DNA of 64,000 nt, from positions 144,808-208,807 of IMG/VR virus record IMGVR_UViG_3300042566_001512, one strand, 5' to 3'. The notes under the pieces were generated by a model that ran no database searches, was not told the origin of the DNA, and saw only the letters and a list, made by a program, of their open reading frames with translations. Shown here one piece after another: positions 18,011-27,703 of the stretch (position 1 is the first letter of the stretch; each line of letters opens with the position of its first letter). The position numbers and the translations under genes were made by a program.

Positions 18011-19459
18011 ATGCAAGATTTTAATTTTGACATATCTTCTGCATTTGAAGAAGCTCCCGCAATTAAACCATACATCAACATCGGCTCTTTGCTAGATATC
18101 CCTACTGGTGTATTCATAAAAGGAAAATATGGGGAACACATTCTAAATGGGGGCTTGGGTTTTATAACTGGAGTAGTTGGTATTGGTAACAATTTCAAAT
18201 CCACAGTTATGCATTACATGATGCTTTCGGCCATGGATCGCTTCCCCAAGTCAAAAGCTAACACTTATGACACCGAGATTAACATTCAACAAGCTCGCCT
18301 ACAGGCTCTCTCTTATAGCTTTGAGACGTTCAAGGCCCGTAGAATCATCGATGAGGGTATTTGGACGGTAACTGATAAAACCGTCTACTACGCTAACGAG
18401 TGGTACGAGCAGTGGAAGAAGTTCATGAATAGCAAGATCAGTAACGCTTCTAAGTTTACTGTGGAGCTACCTTTCCTAGACACAAAGAAGAGCGACGGAA
18501 CTTGTCTGAAGTTTGTATACCCTACATTTTCTCAGGTCGATAGCTTCTCTGAGTTTGAGACAGAGGACGTGGCCAATATTCAGAACAACAACGAACTGGG
18601 CGATTCGGGCGGTAACACCATCCACATGCGTCAAGGTCTCTCCAAGGTGCGGTTCCTATCCGATATCCCTAAGCTGATCGCTAAGGGATTTAACCCTATG
18701 ATGATGACTGCTCACATCGGTAAAGACATTCCAATGGATCCTCGTGCCGCACCGGTCAAGAAGCTCCAGTTCCTAAAGAATGGAGATAAGATCAAGGGCG
18801 TGACTGATAAGTTCATGTTCTTGACTTCTGCTTGCTGGCAGTGCTCTTCTGCTGTACCGTTTACTAACGATACGACTAAAGCACCTGAATATCCACGTAG
18901 TCCTGAGGACGATATGAAAGGCGATACGGATCTGAATATCGTAACGCTTACCTTGCTACGCAATAAGAACGGTGTTACGGGTTTGAATATCCAACTACTA
19001 GTTTCTCAACGTGAAGGGGTGTTGGCTCCATTGAGTGAATTCCATTACATCAAAACGAATGGGCGGTATGGCATTGATGGCACGCTGCAGCATTTCTATC
19101 TGGATTTATTGCCAGATGTAAAGATCTCTCGCACTACAGTGCGATCTAAGATCAATGAAGTACCGGCACTACGTCGCGCTCTTAATATCACGGCAGAGAT
19201 GTGTCAAATGAGCTTGATACATGATTACGAAAAAGGATTCATTTGCACGCCTAAAGAGCTATACAACGATTTGATCGCCAAGGGATATGATTGGGACGTC
19301 TTGCTCAATACTCGTGGATGGTATACTGCCGAGAATGATAAGCACAAGATCCCTTTTCTGTCCACGTATGACCTGTGTTCCATCCGAGCGGGTACGTACC
19401 ATCCCTATTGGCTAGAAGATGACAAGAAGACTATCAAGAAGAAATTCATTGTATCCTAA
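18011..19459 (+). CDS. uvsX: UvsX/RecA-like recombinase
   Basis: LDIPTG, Walker A GIGNNFKS, YDTE, Walker B QVDS; phiKZ gp152-like size and position. Confidence 0.88.
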   Translation: MQDFNFDISSAFEEAPAIKPYINIGSLLDIPTGVFIKGKYGEHILNGGLGFITGVVGIGNNFKSTVMHYMMLSAMDRFPKSKANTYDTEINIQQARLQALSYSFETFKARRIIDEGIWTVTDKTVYYANEWYEQWKKFMNSKISNASKFTVELPFLDTKKSDGTCLKFVYPTFSQVDSFSEFETEDVANIQNNNELGDSGGNTIHMRQGLSKVRFLSDIPKLIAKGFNPMMMTAHIGKDIPMDPRAAPVKKLQFLKNGDKIKGVTDKFMFLTSACWQCSSAVPFTNDTTKAPEYPRSPEDDMKGDTDLNIVTLTLLRNKNGVTGLNIQLLVSQREGVLAPLSEFHYIKTNGRYGIDGTLQHFYLDLLPDVKISRTTVRSKINEVPALRRALNITAEMCQMSLIHDYEKGFICTPKELYNDLIAKGYDWDVLLNTRGWYTAENDKHKIPFLSTYDLCSIRAGTYHPYWLEDDKKTIKKKFIVS

Positions 19460-19507
19460 CACCAAAGTTGACCTGCATCAGTCAGGGCGGCCGCAGAGTT
19501 AAACACC

Positions 19508-19744
19508 ATGAACAAAAGGCAACGATTCAAGAATAGAGCCAATGCTGCAGAACTGTCCCGCGTCGTTCGAGACAAGCGACTCGCACAGCACACCTGCGAG
19601 AACTGTGGAGAAAAAGGAGGCCACTGGGTGGTCACTAAGCAACTGTCCTTGCAAGCAATAATTACCGGAGCCGACGACAGCGAAGGGTTTTGGATTTGCC
19701 CGATGCTGTATGGGCCTGATGGTCTGAGGCTCGATTGCGTTTAA
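19508..19744 (+). CDS. small zinc-binding hypothetical protein
   Basis: HTCENCGEKGGH and FWIC; basic N-terminus; no clear SD. Confidence 0.55.
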   Translation: MNKRQRFKNRANAAELSRVVRDKRLAQHTCENCGEKGGHWVVTKQLSLQAIITGADDSEGFWICPMLYGPDGLRLDCV

Positions 19745-19957
19745 CACCACAAGTAAACGACCCTAGTAGGGTAGCTGCATAGTGCCCGGTTTGATCACGA
19801 GGATCGGCCTTACTGCTAAGGATATTCACTTGAAAAAGACAATCTAAACCATTCTCGTGGCAGCCTCAAAGCAAGCGCGAGTAAGTAGCCACTCGATGAC
19901 TCATCTCTATAAACGCTGGCTACGTTAACACCTAAAACTTAAAGGTAGAAGGTATCT

Positions 19958-20296
19958 ATGGGCAGTTTAATTGAGAAAAAACCCACGTATGCTCCAGCGT
20001 ACTTAGTGGGTATCTATCCCGCGCTAGCCGCTAAGGCAAAAGAGCTAGGATATGCATTAGCGCTGCACGGGAGTCTACAGCGTGACTTAGATGTAATTGC
20101 CGTGCCCTGGACAGATAAAGCTGCAGATCCTGCAGTGCTACTCAAAGCAATGTGCGATGAGTTTGATGTGAAAACTAATAATCGAGACGAATTACCCGAA
20201 ATTAAACCGCACGGTAGACTAGCTTGGTCTATACCACTTTGGTGGGGAGCTTATATTGATCTTTCAATAATCCCCCCAATAAAAACACAAATGTAG
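19958..20296 (+). CDS. hypothetical protein with nucleotidyltransferase-like motif
   Basis: LHGSLQRDLDVIAV resembles the Pol-beta hGS..DxD motif; AAGGT SD. Confidence 0.55.
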   Translation: MGSLIEKKPTYAPAYLVGIYPALAAKAKELGYALALHGSLQRDLDVIAVPWTDKAADPAVLLKAMCDEFDVKTNNRDELPEIKPHGRLAWSIPLWWGAYIDLSIIPPIKTQM

Positions 20297-20353
20297 TGAC
20301 AGATAGTTAGCATAAGAAAAACTCAATCAATTGGAATATCGAAAGAATTAAAA

Positions 20354-20671
20354 ATGAACACAAATCCTTTTCCGGAACATCAACCAGGCGACACTGACCT
20401 TGTGGCGGAGGTCAGTAAGCTATTAAAAGAAGCCGGACACAGTAATCCATTTAGCTGGGAGCAACAGTTGGGAGTTGTTGACTCTCACCGAATAGGGCCA
20501 AAACTGCAGCGGTTCCTTATAAACCGTTACTGGAGGCTCAAGATGGGTCTATGCCGGGCCGATTCAACTATGGAGAGATATTGCCTCATAGAGTCCGGTG
20601 AAGATAAAGATTACTTAGAAATATTCAAGGTAAACATTCTTCCTTTTATTATTAAAAACAATGTAGGTTAA
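20354..20671 (+). CDS. hypothetical protein
   Basis: 105-aa ORF co-oriented in operon. Confidence 0.65.
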   Translation: MNTNPFPEHQPGDTDLVAEVSKLLKEAGHSNPFSWEQQLGVVDSHRIGPKLQRFLINRYWRLKMGLCRADSTMERYCLIESGEDKDYLEIFKVNILPFIIKNNVG

Positions 20672-20678
20672 TAAAAAA

Positions 20679-21242
20679 ATGTATTTCAAAATAAATACAA
20701 CCATGAAGTCCCAGGTGCCAGCAACCTTTAACATGGGAAATTTATTTTATAATTTAAAAGGTTCCGATCAGCGGCTGCTGAGTATAGTAAAGTTTATTAA
20801 AAGTAAAAATATATTGGACTACAGAATAACGGCTAAGGAAGATATAAATAAATGTGGCAGCTTTTGCGATATAAGTTTAGATTTGGTATATTTACTTTTT
20901 GACTCTATAAACTTCCATCAGTTATTTGATTTAGAAAAAGAATCCGATATCTTGGATGCCAAGATAGCCGTTTATAACGATCTGGTTTCGCATTATAAAT
21001 TTGATCTTATTCAAGAATATCAAGATTCAAAAGTCAATAGTAGAGAAGATTATAACTTTAAGATTTCAGTGTTCTTAAAGCCCCTGATTTTTAGATGCAT
21101 TAAACTACACGTCGCATCCTCTCCCTATAATACCGAACAAGAGGGAGTATATAGCTTTTGGGAAATGGTAGACCACTATATATTTGTGAATAAAACTTCT
21201 CATCACCTAAAATCGCTAAAAACCTTCCAAGCGAATAAGTGA
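20679..21242 (+). CDS. hypothetical protein
   Basis: 187-aa AT-rich ORF co-oriented in operon. Confidence 0.6.
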   Translation: MYFKINTTMKSQVPATFNMGNLFYNLKGSDQRLLSIVKFIKSKNILDYRITAKEDINKCGSFCDISLDLVYLLFDSINFHQLFDLEKESDILDAKIAVYNDLVSHYKFDLIQEYQDSKVNSREDYNFKISVFLKPLIFRCIKLHVASSPYNTEQEGVYSFWEMVDHYIFVNKTSHHLKSLKTFQANK

Positions 21243-21268
21243 AAATAAGATAATAAAAAAGGATTAAT

Positions 21269-21931
21269 ATGTCTAATAGACAGCAAACAGAAAACTTCAT
21301 AATTGAATATATATCAAAATTGACAGGGCCTGTAAACGTTGGCCTTTATAAAAATAAATTTTCTAAAATGTCAGATGAAGAGTTTGACTCTTTTATGCGA
21401 GATTTGAGAGACAAAAAACAAAGACTGTGTGTCATTGATGCTAACTTTGGTCCAGAGAGACTGAGCGTAAAAAACAACATACAAGTCGCAAAAGAACTAG
21501 GAAAATCATTATTTCAGAGAGTGTGGGTAACTCAAGAACCCGGAAAGCCTTCTTATCTTACCCCCAACGAATACATAGTGACTATAATGCCTTTGAGAAG
21601 GCAGGCCCAGCTACTGTCAAAAAAGGTATCTATACCAGAAGACAATAATTCGGTTGATGATTTTACTGGTCAGCCAACTGGTAAATCAAAGGGTAGTAAA
21701 ATATCCTATCCCGAGACACAGGTACTTGCGTCTTTTGGTTTAAACAACTCTATTACTGAGCTTCTAAAGTATAGAGGGGGTGACGAGCGAGGCTTTGCCG
21801 CCATGAACACCATGATAGATCGCACCGGCCAAGTAAATCTAAAAACCATTGAACCTTATGCGGGCGGAGTAAAGTCTACCCAAACACTAAAGAGCCTCAT
21901 GACGGCGATGCACTTTAATGTCACAATTTAA
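21269..21931 (+). CDS. virion RNA polymerase beta C-terminal subunit (phiKZ gp149-like)
   Basis: RRQAQLLSKK, TGQPTGKSKGSKISYPETQVLAS, ELLKYRGGD match the beta C-terminal region (GQR.GEME..AL....L.ELLT.KSDD equivalent). Confidence 0.85.
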   Translation: MSNRQQTENFIIEYISKLTGPVNVGLYKNKFSKMSDEEFDSFMRDLRDKKQRLCVIDANFGPERLSVKNNIQVAKELGKSLFQRVWVTQEPGKPSYLTPNEYIVTIMPLRRQAQLLSKKVSIPEDNNSVDDFTGQPTGKSKGSKISYPETQVLASFGLNNSITELLKYRGGDERGFAAMNTMIDRTGQVNLKTIEPYAGGVKSTQTLKSLMTAMHFNVTI

Positions 21932-21939
21932 AACTAAAA

Positions 21940-21990
21940 ATATATCGCACCGAAAGCGGCATTTCGGTGCGATATATGATTTTTTTCTTT
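21940..21990 (+). terminator. intrinsic terminator
   Basis: ATATATCGCACCGAAA-gcggca-TTTCGGTGCGATATAT then T tract. Confidence 0.7.
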
Positions 21991-22019
21991 TACACGATAT
22001 TTTTAAGGAGTAAATCAAC

Positions 22020-22835
22020 ATGAAAACGTACGGATTAAACGACAGCGGCCCAGAAGTGTTACGGCTTCAAAGATATATGAACGAGGTGTTTTTGGCCGAT
22101 AATCGCCCCGACGGTGTTCTGGGTAAAGTGACACAGGCCACGCTTAAAAGACTGCAAATTAAATTAGGTATCGTTGAAGACGATGAAAGCGGTCCTTGTT
22201 ACGGACCCGTTACACAAAGCAAAGTCCTTGACTTCATAAACAAGAAATATTTAACAGAAGAAGATTTTCAAAGAGCATCCGTGAAATCTGGGTTAGAGGT
22301 AAACATAGTAAAAGCGGTAACTGAAGTGGAGGCTGTTCAGTTCGGCTTTTTCAGCACCGGGGCTCCGGTGGTTCTGTTTGAGAGGCACCACTTCTACAGA
22401 CTAGTGCGCAACTTAAAAGGAACCCCTTTTGCAAACAAACTGTCAATTGACAATCCGGACATTTGCTCGCCAGAACCGGGAGGGTACGTAGGCGGGAAAA
22501 GAGAATTACTGAGGCTAAATAAAGCCAGAGCCATAGACGATGAAGCCGCATTAAAATCTGCATCGTACGGGCTATTCCAAATAATGGGGTTTAACCACGA
22601 GCAAGCCGGCTACGACACCGTTAGAAAATACTACAATGCAATGTGTCAAAGCGAAGACAACCAGTTGGATGCCTTTGTTAATTATCTAATTTCAGACAAA
22701 GATAAAACGCTTATTACCAGTCTAAAGAAAAAAGACTTTGCTTCGTTTGCAAGGGAGTATAACGGCTCTGCATACAAGAAAAATAATTACGACGTTAAAA
22801 TTCTTAACGCTTATAATAAATTATCTAGTGTTTAA
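22020..22835 (+). CDS. modular endolysin: peptidoglycan-binding domain + N-acetylmuramidase (DUF3380-type)
   Basis: N-terminal GPEVLRLQ...DGVLGKVT PGBD; VTEVE, LFERHHF, SYGLFQIMGFNH, FAREYNG. Confidence 0.92.
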   Translation: MKTYGLNDSGPEVLRLQRYMNEVFLADNRPDGVLGKVTQATLKRLQIKLGIVEDDESGPCYGPVTQSKVLDFINKKYLTEEDFQRASVKSGLEVNIVKAVTEVEAVQFGFFSTGAPVVLFERHHFYRLVRNLKGTPFANKLSIDNPDICSPEPGGYVGGKRELLRLNKARAIDDEAALKSASYGLFQIMGFNHEQAGYDTVRKYYNAMCQSEDNQLDAFVNYLISDKDKTLITSLKKKDFASFAREYNGSAYKKNNYDVKILNAYNKLSSV

Positions 22836-22858
22836 ATATTCAATTTAATTAAAATATA

Positions 22859-22900
22859 CAGTCATAAATGGGTACCTGCCACGGTACCCATTTATGACTG
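22859..22900. terminator. palindrome after endolysin
   Basis: CAGTCATAAATGGGTACC-tgccac-GGTACCCATTTATGACTG. Confidence 0.7.
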
Positions 22901-22906
22901 TATATA

Positions 22907-22967
22907 CCGATTCCAAATAATTTCAGTCACATATATCTAAGGTGAATAGAAGCAATAGTGTTTCTAT
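22907..22967 (+). promoter_or_regulatory. 61-bp repeat copy 1: putative early promoter + leader hairpin
   Basis: Identical to 51775-51835. Confidence 0.8.
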
Positions 22968-22992
22968 ATATTTTATACTCGGAAAGAATATC

Positions 22993-23223
22993 ATGACTGC
23001 TGTTTATAAATTGACAATTGCCGCCATTTGCCTGCTTATCGCCAACAAGCTAGATTCCGTAATCCGCACAAACGAGCAGGCGGCTCTTTGTCAGGCGGCA
23101 AAGGAAGACGATGCTCAAGTCTCCAAACGTTGTGAAAAAGCGCTGCTGGCGGCAACGCACATTAAAAAGAATATCCTCTTAGGGATTCTCAGCGGCAGCG
23201 GATCGAGCAAGCGATCCAAATGA
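22993..23223 (+). CDS. small hypothetical early protein
   Basis: 76 aa from ATG 22993; the longer GTG start at 22942 lies inside the promoter repeat. Confidence 0.55.
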   Translation: MTAVYKLTIAAICLLIANKLDSVIRTNEQAALCQAAKEDDAQVSKRCEKALLAATHIKKNILLGILSGSGSSKRSK

Positions 23224-23321
23224 TCGCAGATGTTGCTAATTACTTGACCATCGAAGTTCAGCTGGAAAATATTAAAAAGGCAGATTCGATAATTGTGAGC
23301 GTGTATGAAGAAATCGTGTAA
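23220..23321 (+). CDS. 33-aa protein coupled by ATGA overlap (not in ORF track)
   Basis: MIADVANYLTIEVQLENIKKADSIIVSVYEEIV; followed directly by a terminator hairpin. Confidence 0.45.
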   Translation: MIADVANYLTIEVQLENIKKADSIIVSVYEEIV

Positions 23322-23322
23322 A

Positions 23323-23372
23323 GCATAGACAGTGAGCTGGGAATCCCAGCTCACTGTCTATATGTTTTTTTG
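23323..23372 (+). terminator. intrinsic terminator
   Basis: ATAGACAGTGAGCTGGGA-a-TCCCAGCTCACTGTCTAT then T tract. Confidence 0.75.
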
Positions 23373-23564
23373 ATTATTATACAAAAAATAATAATTTAAC
23401 TTACTTTGTGAATGACCTGTTTCTAAATAGTTACAAACCCATATAACTACAGTAGTAAAGGATATATAACTTTACTAAAGTGCAAAATTTAATGTCCCCG
23501 TAAATTATAAACAATGTTCAACGTATCTTTTTGAATATAAATACTTTTTATTAAGGAAAACATC

Positions 23565-24191
23565 ATGTCGCGACACAGCATAAAAAATTTTACTCATCAC
23601 ATCAAAAACATCTGTGCCCACGTTAATACGCCAATAATCGAAATCGCGGACGGGGACAAAAAGAAAAGAAACGTTTTTTCCTTGGTGTCTATAAACGACG
23701 ACACTGTTCGAGTGGAGTCTTACGAAGTTTATACGGTAGACGAGATCACCAAAGAAGAAGCGCTTGAGCGCGAAATGACACTGATAAATGCCGAAGACTA
23801 CTTTGTGGACAATAACAAGCTGTGGGTCGGTGACATCAAAAAGATCTTTTTGGACTATACGGTTACTCTTGAAAATAAATGCGGACCCGTGGTTTGGTGC
23901 GGCACTCCGTATAGATCAACTATAGTGGATTTCTACGTGGCCCTCGGGTACCCCGTAATGGTGACTAATTATTACATCGCCACTTTGGAGAGACTGAGCA
24001 AAGATAAATCTCTCACAAATGGCTCCTATTCTATAACAACCGACGAAGGGACTCGTCTGCTTTCCCAGTCTTTGGAATCCATTTCAGAAAAAGCGCCTTC
24101 TGCGTCTTCTGCCGTTTTTACTTGCGACAATTCTGTCGGATACGTACTAAACGCATCGGCGGCTCTTGTCTCTAAAAGTAACAACGAATAA
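23565..24191 (+). CDS. hypothetical protein
   Basis: 208 aa, AAGGA SD. Confidence 0.7.
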   Translation: MSRHSIKNFTHHIKNICAHVNTPIIEIADGDKKKRNVFSLVSINDDTVRVESYEVYTVDEITKEEALEREMTLINAEDYFVDNNKLWVGDIKKIFLDYTVTLENKCGPVVWCGTPYRSTIVDFYVALGYPVMVTNYYIATLERLSKDKSLTNGSYSITTDEGTRLLSQSLESISEKAPSASSAVFTCDNSVGYVLNASAALVSKSNNE

Positions 24192-24210
24192 TACTAAACA
24201 TAATTAGTAT

Positions 24211-24603
24211 ATGCCCGTCATGAAGAAGACAATTTCCCATTCTTACATTAGTTCCCTTTTTCACGAATTAAAGAAACATGAGGGGCTTCTAAAGCATTTT
24301 GATCAGACCGGGACAGGTCCCTATGTCTTTATGGGAGAATTCCTTTTTAAAGACGGACTCCTCTCAGTGAAGGTGTCTGTATTCAATATACATAAATACT
24401 CATCGCCTGCAGACTGTGATTTTATTAAAGATAATTACATAAAGTCAACCGTCGATTGGGTCGAGCGAGACATCCTTTGGTTCAGGAGATCTTCATCGGG
24501 GTACGAGGCGTTCATCGAATATACCGAAGACTACAGAGACTACTTCGTTATAGAAGATATTGCCCCAACTCTTGAACTGTCGGTAGATATAGCATCGATG
24601 TAA
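24211..24603 (+). CDS. hypothetical protein
   Basis: 130 aa, followed by a terminator at about 24608-24660. Confidence 0.6.
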   Translation: MPVMKKTISHSYISSLFHELKKHEGLLKHFDQTGTGPYVFMGEFLFKDGLLSVKVSVFNIHKYSSPADCDFIKDNYIKSTVDWVERDILWFRRSSSGYEAFIEYTEDYRDYFVIEDIAPTLELSVDIASM

Positions 24604-24708
24604 ACAAAAATAAGCCCCCTAGGATTTTACCTAGGGGGCTTATTTTATGTTTTTTTCTTTAAAAATATAAAGTACAATCATGTCTTGATTAAAAAACGAA
24701 ATAAACAA

Positions 24709-25134
24709 ATGATCTACAATAAACCAAAAAATCAAGAAAAACAGTCCACTAACCCAAAAGACTACAAAGTAAGAATAATAGTAGCAGGTACTAGGAAATG
24801 GAAAGATAAAAAACTATTTCATGAAATAATCGTTGACTACTTGGAAAGATTTAGTGAACCTGTGTTATTTATATCTGGAGCAGCGAATAGCGGAGCAGAC
24901 AGGTTTATAATCGATTGGTGTAAAAAATATAACTACCCTTGTTTAGAAATGCCAGCAGACTGGGACACTCACGGAAAATCCGCCGGTTATGTTCGAAATA
25001 CAGAAATGGCAGAAATAGGCACCCATCTAGTTTGTTTTTGGGACACTGTTAGTAGAGGTACCGCACACATGCGCACGGTGTCCAGTGAAAAACATCTAAA
25101 CATAATGACCGTATTGGTAAAGGTGGAAGAATGA
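24709..25134 (+). CDS. SLOG-superfamily protein (DUF2493/YspA-like)
   Basis: RIIVAGTR, ISGAANSGAD, PADWDTHGKSAGYVRNTEM, FWD..SRGT. Confidence 0.85.
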   Translation: MIYNKPKNQEKQSTNPKDYKVRIIVAGTRKWKDKKLFHEIIVDYLERFSEPVLFISGAANSGADRFIIDWCKKYNYPCLEMPADWDTHGKSAGYVRNTEMAEIGTHLVCFWDTVSRGTAHMRTVSSEKHLNIMTVLVKVEE

Positions 25135-25883
25135 AACCCGCAGAAAAGTTTATATTAATTACACTCGATTCCATACTGGATACTAGACAAGGCACCCTCC
25201 TTAAAATAAGCCCAGAAGTGGCCTATGAGATAACTTCAAAAGAAGACTATCATGCAAGGCAAAGTGACACATTCGTTAGCGAAAAATACGGCGAATTGTC
25301 ACCCGAACTATTTCAACAAGTCAAAGAAAAATTTAAACACGAAATAATTTTTAATTCGTTAAAAACTAAAATGTACTTGTTCTTGCAAGAACTAATAGAG
25401 GGATATGTAAAACTATCTCTATCCACACCACACGCTAGCATCATTACTTTAGAAGTGAACATACACCCTTATAAGTTCACCGAAACTCAGGCAGAGTATC
25501 TTTTAAAAGCCCTGATAGCCCATCTGGGAAATTCGGCGGCGATCAGCATAGTTGATTTTGATATAAAAGAATTATCCTTAAAAACTATTGCAGATAAGTA
25601 CGATTCTGTAATTATGTATAATCCGGTTGATTGGCTAAACAGTAGGCACAATGAATTGAAGATGGGGGTTTTAAAAGAGCTAACCCTTTATATACCAAAA
25701 ATAAACACAGTAAGAGATCTCACTGATAAAGAAAGAAAAAATCTAAATAAAAACATATCCGATGTATATAAGTTTACTCAGATGGTGTTTGCTGGTTTTA
25801 TAAAAATAAACTACGTGCCGGTTGAGTGTTATTGTGCAGACGTCCCTTACGTTAAACGTGAAAAAGAAAAAGACGCGGCATAA
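25131..25883 (+). CDS. conserved jumbo-phage hypothetical protein
   Basis: 250 aa; ATGA overlap; ILITLDSILDTR N-terminal motif. Confidence 0.7.
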   Translation: MKPAEKFILITLDSILDTRQGTLLKISPEVAYEITSKEDYHARQSDTFVSEKYGELSPELFQQVKEKFKHEIIFNSLKTKMYLFLQELIEGYVKLSLSTPHASIITLEVNIHPYKFTETQAEYLLKALIAHLGNSAAISIVDFDIKELSLKTIADKYDSVIMYNPVDWLNSRHNELKMGVLKELTLYIPKINTVRDLTDKERKNLNKNISDVYKFTQMVFAGFIKINYVPVECYCADVPYVKREKEKDAA

Positions 25884-25917
25884 ACGGAAAGAGGCTATTT
25901 CCTCTTTCCGTTTAATT

Positions 25918-26334
25918 TCACTTTTCAACTTTGCTCATGAAACTCTCATAGTCTAGCTGTGACGGGTTTACGTCCATCTCCCCAGGGATAATATCCACCT
26001 GCGGCAACAAGTCGGCCACCTTGGGTATAGTGCCTACAGTGCCGTCATCTTCAGTATTGCCTATTTTTTTGCTATTTGGCATATTAAATATACTGGCTAT
26101 TAGGTCAGCGGCTTGCTTGTTATTAGCCGCTACATCACTATCGGCCTTTATCTTCTTTCTACCTAAAGACACTCTATCCATATCGGATAGAGCCCCTAAC
26201 AAAATAGAAATTGTGCTTTCTTCTTTAGGTATGCCCTTTTCAGTAAGAGCGTTTATTATTTGTTTTCTTTTAGATCTAGCGTATTCTAGGTCCTGATCTA
26301 CTGGATCTTCTTTGGGTGTTTCAAAATTGTCCAT
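25918..26334 (-). CDS. hypothetical protein
   Basis: 138 aa from MDNFET; the ORF-track extension to 26409 looks non-coding. Confidence 0.65.
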   Translation of the reverse strand: MDNFETPKEDPVDQDLEYARSKRKQIINALTEKGIPKEESTISILLGALSDMDRVSLGRKKIKADSDVAANNKQAADLIASIFNMPNSKKIGNTEDDGTVGTIPKVADLLPQVDIIPGEMDVNPSQLDYESFMSKVEK

Positions 26335-26436
26335 TTTTAGAATAAACCTTTTATAGTAATCGGAATGAAAAAACTTATAGTACCATATTATCTTTCTGTA
26401 CTGGCGCAATAAAATACCTAACTAGATAATTAAACC

Positions 26437-26952
26437 ATGAAACTCTTTGTTAGATTGAGTAGTCTAAAATTGGAATATCTACTCAAAAGAACCGGAAAAG
26501 AAGAGGATTCTATAAAAACAAAAGCAATGATCTTGTCTTTGCTAGATCCGGATTCATTTATTAATGAAAATATACTGGTCACAAGTAAACTAAAATTTAC
26601 TGTAATTTTTGATTCGCTGATCACTTACAACAAGCGAATATTGCTGGCAATAACCCTTCTTAAAAATAATTCAGTAATAAGCGCAGACTGGTGCAGCTAC
26701 GATTATAAAAGGGTTTCTTACGATATATTTTTCTCAGATGGTGTTGTCTACTTAGACAAACAAAAAGAGATTGGTGAATTTATTCGTTTAGTCAAAGAGC
26801 TGCGACAACAAATATACAACATAAAAGACGCCCAGGTTGGCCCACAAGGGCATAACCTTAGGCAGATGTCTAGATTCCATACACATTTAAGCGACTTGAT
26901 AGTCGAGCTTATAAGAGGAAGTCATGAAATATCCTTATCTGAGCCCAGTTAG
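26437..26952 (+). CDS. hypothetical protein
   Basis: 171-aa ORF, start of operon. Confidence 0.65.
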   Translation: MKLFVRLSSLKLEYLLKRTGKEEDSIKTKAMILSLLDPDSFINENILVTSKLKFTVIFDSLITYNKRILLAITLLKNNSVISADWCSYDYKRVSYDIFFSDGVVYLDKQKEIGEFIRLVKELRQQIYNIKDAQVGPQGHNLRQMSRFHTHLSDLIVELIRGSHEISLSEPS

Positions 26953-27703
26953 TTTTTCTCCTCAGACCAACCCGGTAAAGGTTCGTCATACATACAGAGG
27001 AGTGGGCGGCTCTTTAGCTGAGCTGTTTCGAACTATCCAATATGACCTGGGAATTTCTGGTCCTAGAATGGAAGTTCTTATTAGCGAGTTTATAATAAAC
27101 GAAAAAAGAAATCTACCCGACAACCGCGTGGCTCGCTTTTTAGTCAGAGGAAATATACGAAGAGAACTAGAAAGATCATCTATGACTTTCAAAGTCTTCG
27201 TCAAGATGCTTAAAATCATAGGCGTTAAACGAATGAACTTTGGGGTCGAGATAGATTTCGGAAACTCCGCACCTATCCAGAAACACAGCGTATTCGTTGA
27301 CCTTAAGAACCACAGCGGAAAAAGCATAGATGAGGACGGGGGTCAAAGTGTCTCTGCCGTAATGTCTCACTTGTGGAATCACATAAGAGAGGCCCAAGGG
27401 TATACAACTGAACAGTTCGATAATCTACTCAGTGAATTTATTTCATCTGAGAGAAAAAGAATAAAGGACAAAAGAATAGCTAAACTTTTTACCAAGGGAA
27501 ATGTAAAAAGAGAGCTAGAAAAACCAACCATGACATTCAAGGTCTTTATAAAGGGCCTAAGGGTGATATCGGTAAAACACGTCAAGGTCTTTGTAAACAT
27601 AGAAAGATCAAGTGCACAAAAAGATAAAGTGCATTATTTCACTCAGGTAAACTTTAATAGCGAGACCGATTTCGATGAGAATGACAATGACGAACCCTCG
27701 TAA
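26924..27703 (+). CDS. protein with tandemly duplicated ~85-aa domain
   Basis: RGNIRRELERSSMTFKVFVKML versus KGNVKRELEKPTMTFKVFIKGL. Confidence 0.75.
   Translation: MKYPYLSPVSFSPQTNPVKVRHTYRGVGGSLAELFRTIQYDLGISGPRMEVLISEFIINEKRNLPDNRVARFLVRGNIRRELERSSMTFKVFVKMLKIIGVKRMNFGVEIDFGNSAPIQKHSVFVDLKNHSGKSIDEDGGQSVSAVMSHLWNHIREAQGYTTEQFDNLLSEFISSERKRIKDKRIAKLFTKGNVKRELEKPTMTFKVFIKGLRVISVKHVKVFVNIERSSAQKDKVHYFTQVNFNSETDFDENDNDEPS

Noticed and set aside
19745-19957. Possible additional group I intron or riboswitch in the spacer after the zinc-binding ORF
   Set aside because: No P/Q/R/S elements and the flanking genes are complete; only short hairpins are present.
22942-22992. GTG-start extension of the 22993 ORF
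   Set aside because: It lies within the 61-bp promoter repeat that is non-coding in its other copy.
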